Source: a virus
Lineage: Duplodnaviria; Caudoviricetes
IMG/VR virus record: IMGVR_UViG_3300025132_000036
Span: 1-60,287 of that record
DNA: 60,287 bases
Direction: 5' to 3' (one strand)
The position numbers and the translations under genes are program-made. Positions 57,475 to 60,287 of this stretch are shown one piece after another. Position 1 is the first letter of the stretch. Each line of letters begins with the position of its first letter. Below the pieces are notes generated by a model, which saw only the letters and a program-made list of their open reading frames with translations, was not told the DNA's origin and made no database searches.

Positions 57475-58385
57475 GTAGCATCCCTCCTTGGGAACCCGAG
57501 ATGGGCCGTAGCCGTTGGGTCGCGTTGCGTTATCTCGGATGGTCGCGCAACGAAGGACGTATGGTAGGTATCTGTATTACTGCCTGACGACGTGCGTACG
57601 TGCCTTAGTACGCCATGGACCGTATCTGTATCAACGGTCACTCTGTCGGGGCCGAAGCCGGGACAGTCGGGGGAGAGGTCTGACGGGCAGTTCTGGCTGC
57701 ACGTCCTCCCGAGCGAGTCTGCTTACATGTCTTCGCTTGCGCGGTGCCTCCGGTGTTTGTTTGGACCAATGCCGTAAATCTGTGGAGGCTGATTCTGTGC
57801 CGAGGACCTTATCCCTCGTTTGTCTGACTCGCTCTCTTGTCGTCAGGCGTCATGTACCCACTTGAGTGCGGTTTGTTTGGACCATCTGTTTGCCGTAGCA
57901 TCCAGTACGTCTGTGAGTAGGTGGGCTCCGGTATCTGTTGAAACCATCATCGCCCGTACAGGGGGGTGCCGCCGGTCTGTTGGGACCGGCGAACATGACG
58001 CTGATTTTCTGAGGTGGGAGTCTTCATTGCTCGATGCTCTTACGTCATCTTTTACGCTCTGTTTGCACAGTTCGCGTACCTCCATGCTCCCGTCGGTCCT
58101 GCTTGCACCGCAGCCTGCTCGTTCACACAGGGGTATCTGGCTCGGACTCTTGTCCACCTCAGTTTAGCCACTATATCATCCGGCACCCTTGGGTCCTGCT
58201 GCGTCCGTGCAAGTGGACCACAACACCACAAGGGTGCGTGTTTGCCTCAGAAGGGTGCCGTCAAAGCGGCTTGTTAGGATGCGATGGGGACCAGTCCGAA
58301 GGACCAACCCCCACCCCGTCGCCGGGTCGTGTAACCGTCCACACAACCACGCCGCCGGTGAGGGGTCGTCGCTGCTCGGGTATGA
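57455..58385 (-). ncRNA. Candidate large structured non-coding RNA / giant 5' leader
   Basis: No credible ORF; TATA promoter at 58406-58415; cUUCGg x2, GCAA tetraloop, several 9-10 bp long-range stems, recurrent ACAGA. Confidence 0.7.
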
Positions 58386-58404
58386 TAGGCCATCCGAGGG
58401 GTCC

Positions 58405-58416
58405 CATATAAACCCA
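58405..58416 (-). promoter_or_regulatory. TATA promoter GGGTTTATAT
   Basis: Same motif as at 46408-46417 and 49774-49783, and nearly so at 52672-52680. Confidence 0.7.
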
Positions 58417-58817
58417 TGCAATTGGGAAAACGTGGTACTGCGAGCAAGATCTCCCAAAAACGGCCGTTTCGGAGGGGCCGCCGGTCGGGGCCGGAGAGGG
58501 GCCGCCGGGAGGGTCGTCAACGGTGGGTTCAAGAGGGGGGCCGTGGTGGGGTGACCATGGGCCGACGGCACCCGTTCGGAGCGACGGAGGGAGGGCATGA
58601 GTTCCCCTCCTGAGAGGCCCTCTCTCCTCTCCTCAGATGGTGGGTCGTCGTGTTTCCCTAAGACTAATATAACCTCTCTCCCACGGAATAATCTCTCTCC
58701 CATATGTACACACCACACAGACCACACCACACGGGGCGCAGGGTACCACAGGAGGGCCACAGGAGGGCCGAAACGACCGAAGCGCGGGTTGATATAGCCC
58801 AACGTGGTGGGAGGGGC

Positions 58818-59291
58818 ATGAGCCGACCAAAGCCCACCGCCAAGCCCACCCGATTCAAGCACCGCTTCGGCTTCCGCCATGGGTGGGCCGTAGTGGCCCA
58901 CTACACCCCGAAGCAATCGAAGACCGTCATCCACGGCCACCGCAAAGACGGCCACTTCAAGAACTTCAGCAACGTCACCGGCAGCGGTTCCGTCCTCACC
59001 CTCAGCCTCCGCCGTGGAGGCCAGAAGCGCGGCACCACGAAGGTCATCGGGGCCAACGCCGACAACCTCGCAGCCCACCTCAACGCTTACCGGTCCAACG
59101 CCGTCCCACACGCCGCCCTGTGGCCCGTCATCGGTCGCCGCTCCGGTGCCTACGGTCGCCGGTCGTGGGGCACCGACACCTCGCACCCAACGAAGCACAT
59201 GGAGAACCACGACGACACCCGAACCACCCCGTACCGGTTCAAGGACTGGATGGGTGCGGTGTGGCTGACCCCGGAGGTCGCCGAGGAGTGA
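58818..59291 (+). CDS. Basic early protein, paralog A
   Basis: ATG 29 nt after the start of TTGATATA; similar to 59510-60109. Confidence 0.75.
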   Translation: MSRPKPTAKPTRFKHRFGFRHGWAVVAHYTPKQSKTVIHGHRKDGHFKNFSNVTGSGSVLTLSLRRGGQKRGTTKVIGANADNLAAHLNAYRSNAVPHAALWPVIGRRSGAYGRRSWGTDTSHPTKHMENHDDTRTTPYRFKDWMGAVWLTPEVAEE

Positions 59292-59356
59292 GGGGCACCG
59301 CCCGGAGGGAATCCCCTCCTCTCTCCTTTCGGTACCTCTCCCGAGGTGCCGTTAGG

Positions 59357-59399
59357 AAGACTGTTCCTTACTTAACGTATGAAATCTCTCTCCCATATG
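59357..59399. repeat. Intergenic repeat elements of the early cassettes
   Basis: 23 bp at 59357-59379 equals 13-35 (60201-60223); 17 bp at 59383-59399 equals 58690-58706. Confidence 0.9.
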
Positions 59400-59509
59400 G
59401 GGGCGCACACCTACCCCTCCCCGCCGAGCCGAGGGGTAGCCGAGCACCCCATAGAAGGGGAGCATCAGCCCGGCCGTGGGTTGATATAGGACCACACCGT
59501 CGGAGGAGC

Positions 59510-60109
59510 ATGAGCCGCCGCCGCGACCCCAACAAGCCCCTGCCTATGACCAAGACCACCATCACGCCCGAAACCAACGACAAGGGCAAGCCCATGCGGA
59601 AGAAGGGCGAACTGACCTTCAGCACCAAGAAGGCCCGCTTCGTCGTCAAGTTCGACTATCAGCCCACCTTCAGCACCACCGTCGAACGCCGCCACCACAA
59701 GCACGGCGCACCGAAGAACTATCACACCCGCACCGGGTCCGGGTCCAACCTCCGGGTGACCATCGGCAAGATGCAGCGCGGACGGTGGACGACCATCCGA
59801 AGCCGTGAGTTCACCGGCACCCTTGCAGACGGTTGGTTCGCCGACCTGTGGGACGCTTCGATGCCGGGTCGGGATGTGTGGGCCTTCTGGTCCCTGTTCA
59901 AGCCCAAGGGCCGCATGTGGACCACCGAGCGAACCGGCGAGGACACCACCCACGAGTACCGCGTGACCGAGAACGACGACCCAACCCGCCGCGTCCCCTT
60001 CAGCGAGAAGTCCACCTTCCAAGACGGCCAGAAGTCGGCGATGTGGAACACCCCCCACGTTGACGACAAGTCCCCCAAGGCCGAGGCATGGAGGCGTGGC
60101 GAGATGTGA
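59510..60109 (+). CDS. Basic early protein, paralog B
   Basis: ATG 29 nt after the start of TTGATATA; shares the TGSGS motif with paralog A. Confidence 0.75.
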   Translation: MSRRRDPNKPLPMTKTTITPETNDKGKPMRKKGELTFSTKKARFVVKFDYQPTFSTTVERRHHKHGAPKNYHTRTGSGSNLRVTIGKMQRGRWTTIRSREFTGTLADGWFADLWDASMPGRDVWAFWSLFKPKGRMWTTERTGEDTTHEYRVTENDDPTRRVPFSEKSTFQDGQKSAMWNTPHVDDKSPKAEAWRRGEM

Positions 60110-60188
60110 GGGGGACACCTCCCGCCGCCGCCGCCGGGGGGCCTGCCGCAGCAGGTCCCCCATTTCTTCTTCAGATGCTCTCTCCAAA

Positions 60189-60287
60189 GACGCCGTAGGA
60201 AAGACTGTTCCTTACTTAACGTAATATCTCTCTCTCCTATCTCTCTCACACAGGTCGCGCGTACGCACCCAGTATGCACATAGGGGA
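60189..60287. repeat. Terminal direct repeat (copy 2)
   Basis: Identical to 1-99. Confidence 0.95.

Noticed and set aside
57585-57615. GCACGUACG resembling group II intron domain V
   Set aside because: No AGC/CGC triad stem of the right length, and no reverse transcriptase or maturase in the genome
57541-58140. Recurrent TATCTGT motifs as a mini-CRISPR array
   Set aside because: The repeats are only 5-9 nt and irregularly spaced
57534-58398. 9-bp complementarity (57535-57543 with 58390-58398) as a closing stem of the large RNA
   Set aside because: The upstream arm lies between the TATA box and the expected TSS (about 58383), so it is probably not transcribed
57273-58411. Short ORFs in the track overlapping the ncRNA region
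   Set aside because: No RBS, atypical composition (Ser/Arg/Cys-rich) and mutually overlapping on both strands
58883-59509. 408-aa ORF 58883-60109 as a single gene
   Set aside because: The 5' part overlaps paralog A and an intergenic repeat; promoter spacing and paralogy point to a start at 59510
1-60287. tRNA genes, integrase, reverse transcriptase/DGR, DNA-modification cluster
   Set aside because: None recognised by eye; tRNAscan-SE and HMM searches would be needed to exclude them formally

Overview
The window is a complete, circularly assembled genome of about 60.2 kb; bases 1-99 repeat exactly at 60189-60287. It belongs to a lytic head-tail (Caudoviricetes, siphovirus-like) virus of an archaeal host. 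The archaeal-type replisome (PolB, fused PriS-PriL primase, RFC, PCNA-like clamp, RPA-like SSB, MCM-like helicase, ERCC4 nuclease), TATA-box promoters and GGTGA-type RBSs fit a magrovirus infecting Marine Group II Euryarchaeota (Poseidoniales); this host call is inference. The + strand from 0.6 to 27.9 kb holds packaging, capsid and tail genes. The - strand from 27.9 to 43.5 kb holds replication genes. The - strand from 43.8 to 58.4 kb and the + strand from 58.8 kb across the junction hold early/accessory genes. The most unusual locus is 54.4-58.4 kb. A TATA promoter there precedes about 900 nt of non-coding, apparently highly structured RNA with cUUCGg and GNRA tetraloops, long-range stems and about 11 ACAGA motifs. 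Behind it lies a 942-aa amidoligase + class II glutamine amidotransferase fusion with hydrophobic segments, whose ORF is bracketed by a 17-bp RNA helix and followed by more structured RNA. No tRNA, integrase or CRISPR array was seen. All product calls come from motif recognition by eye, not database searches.
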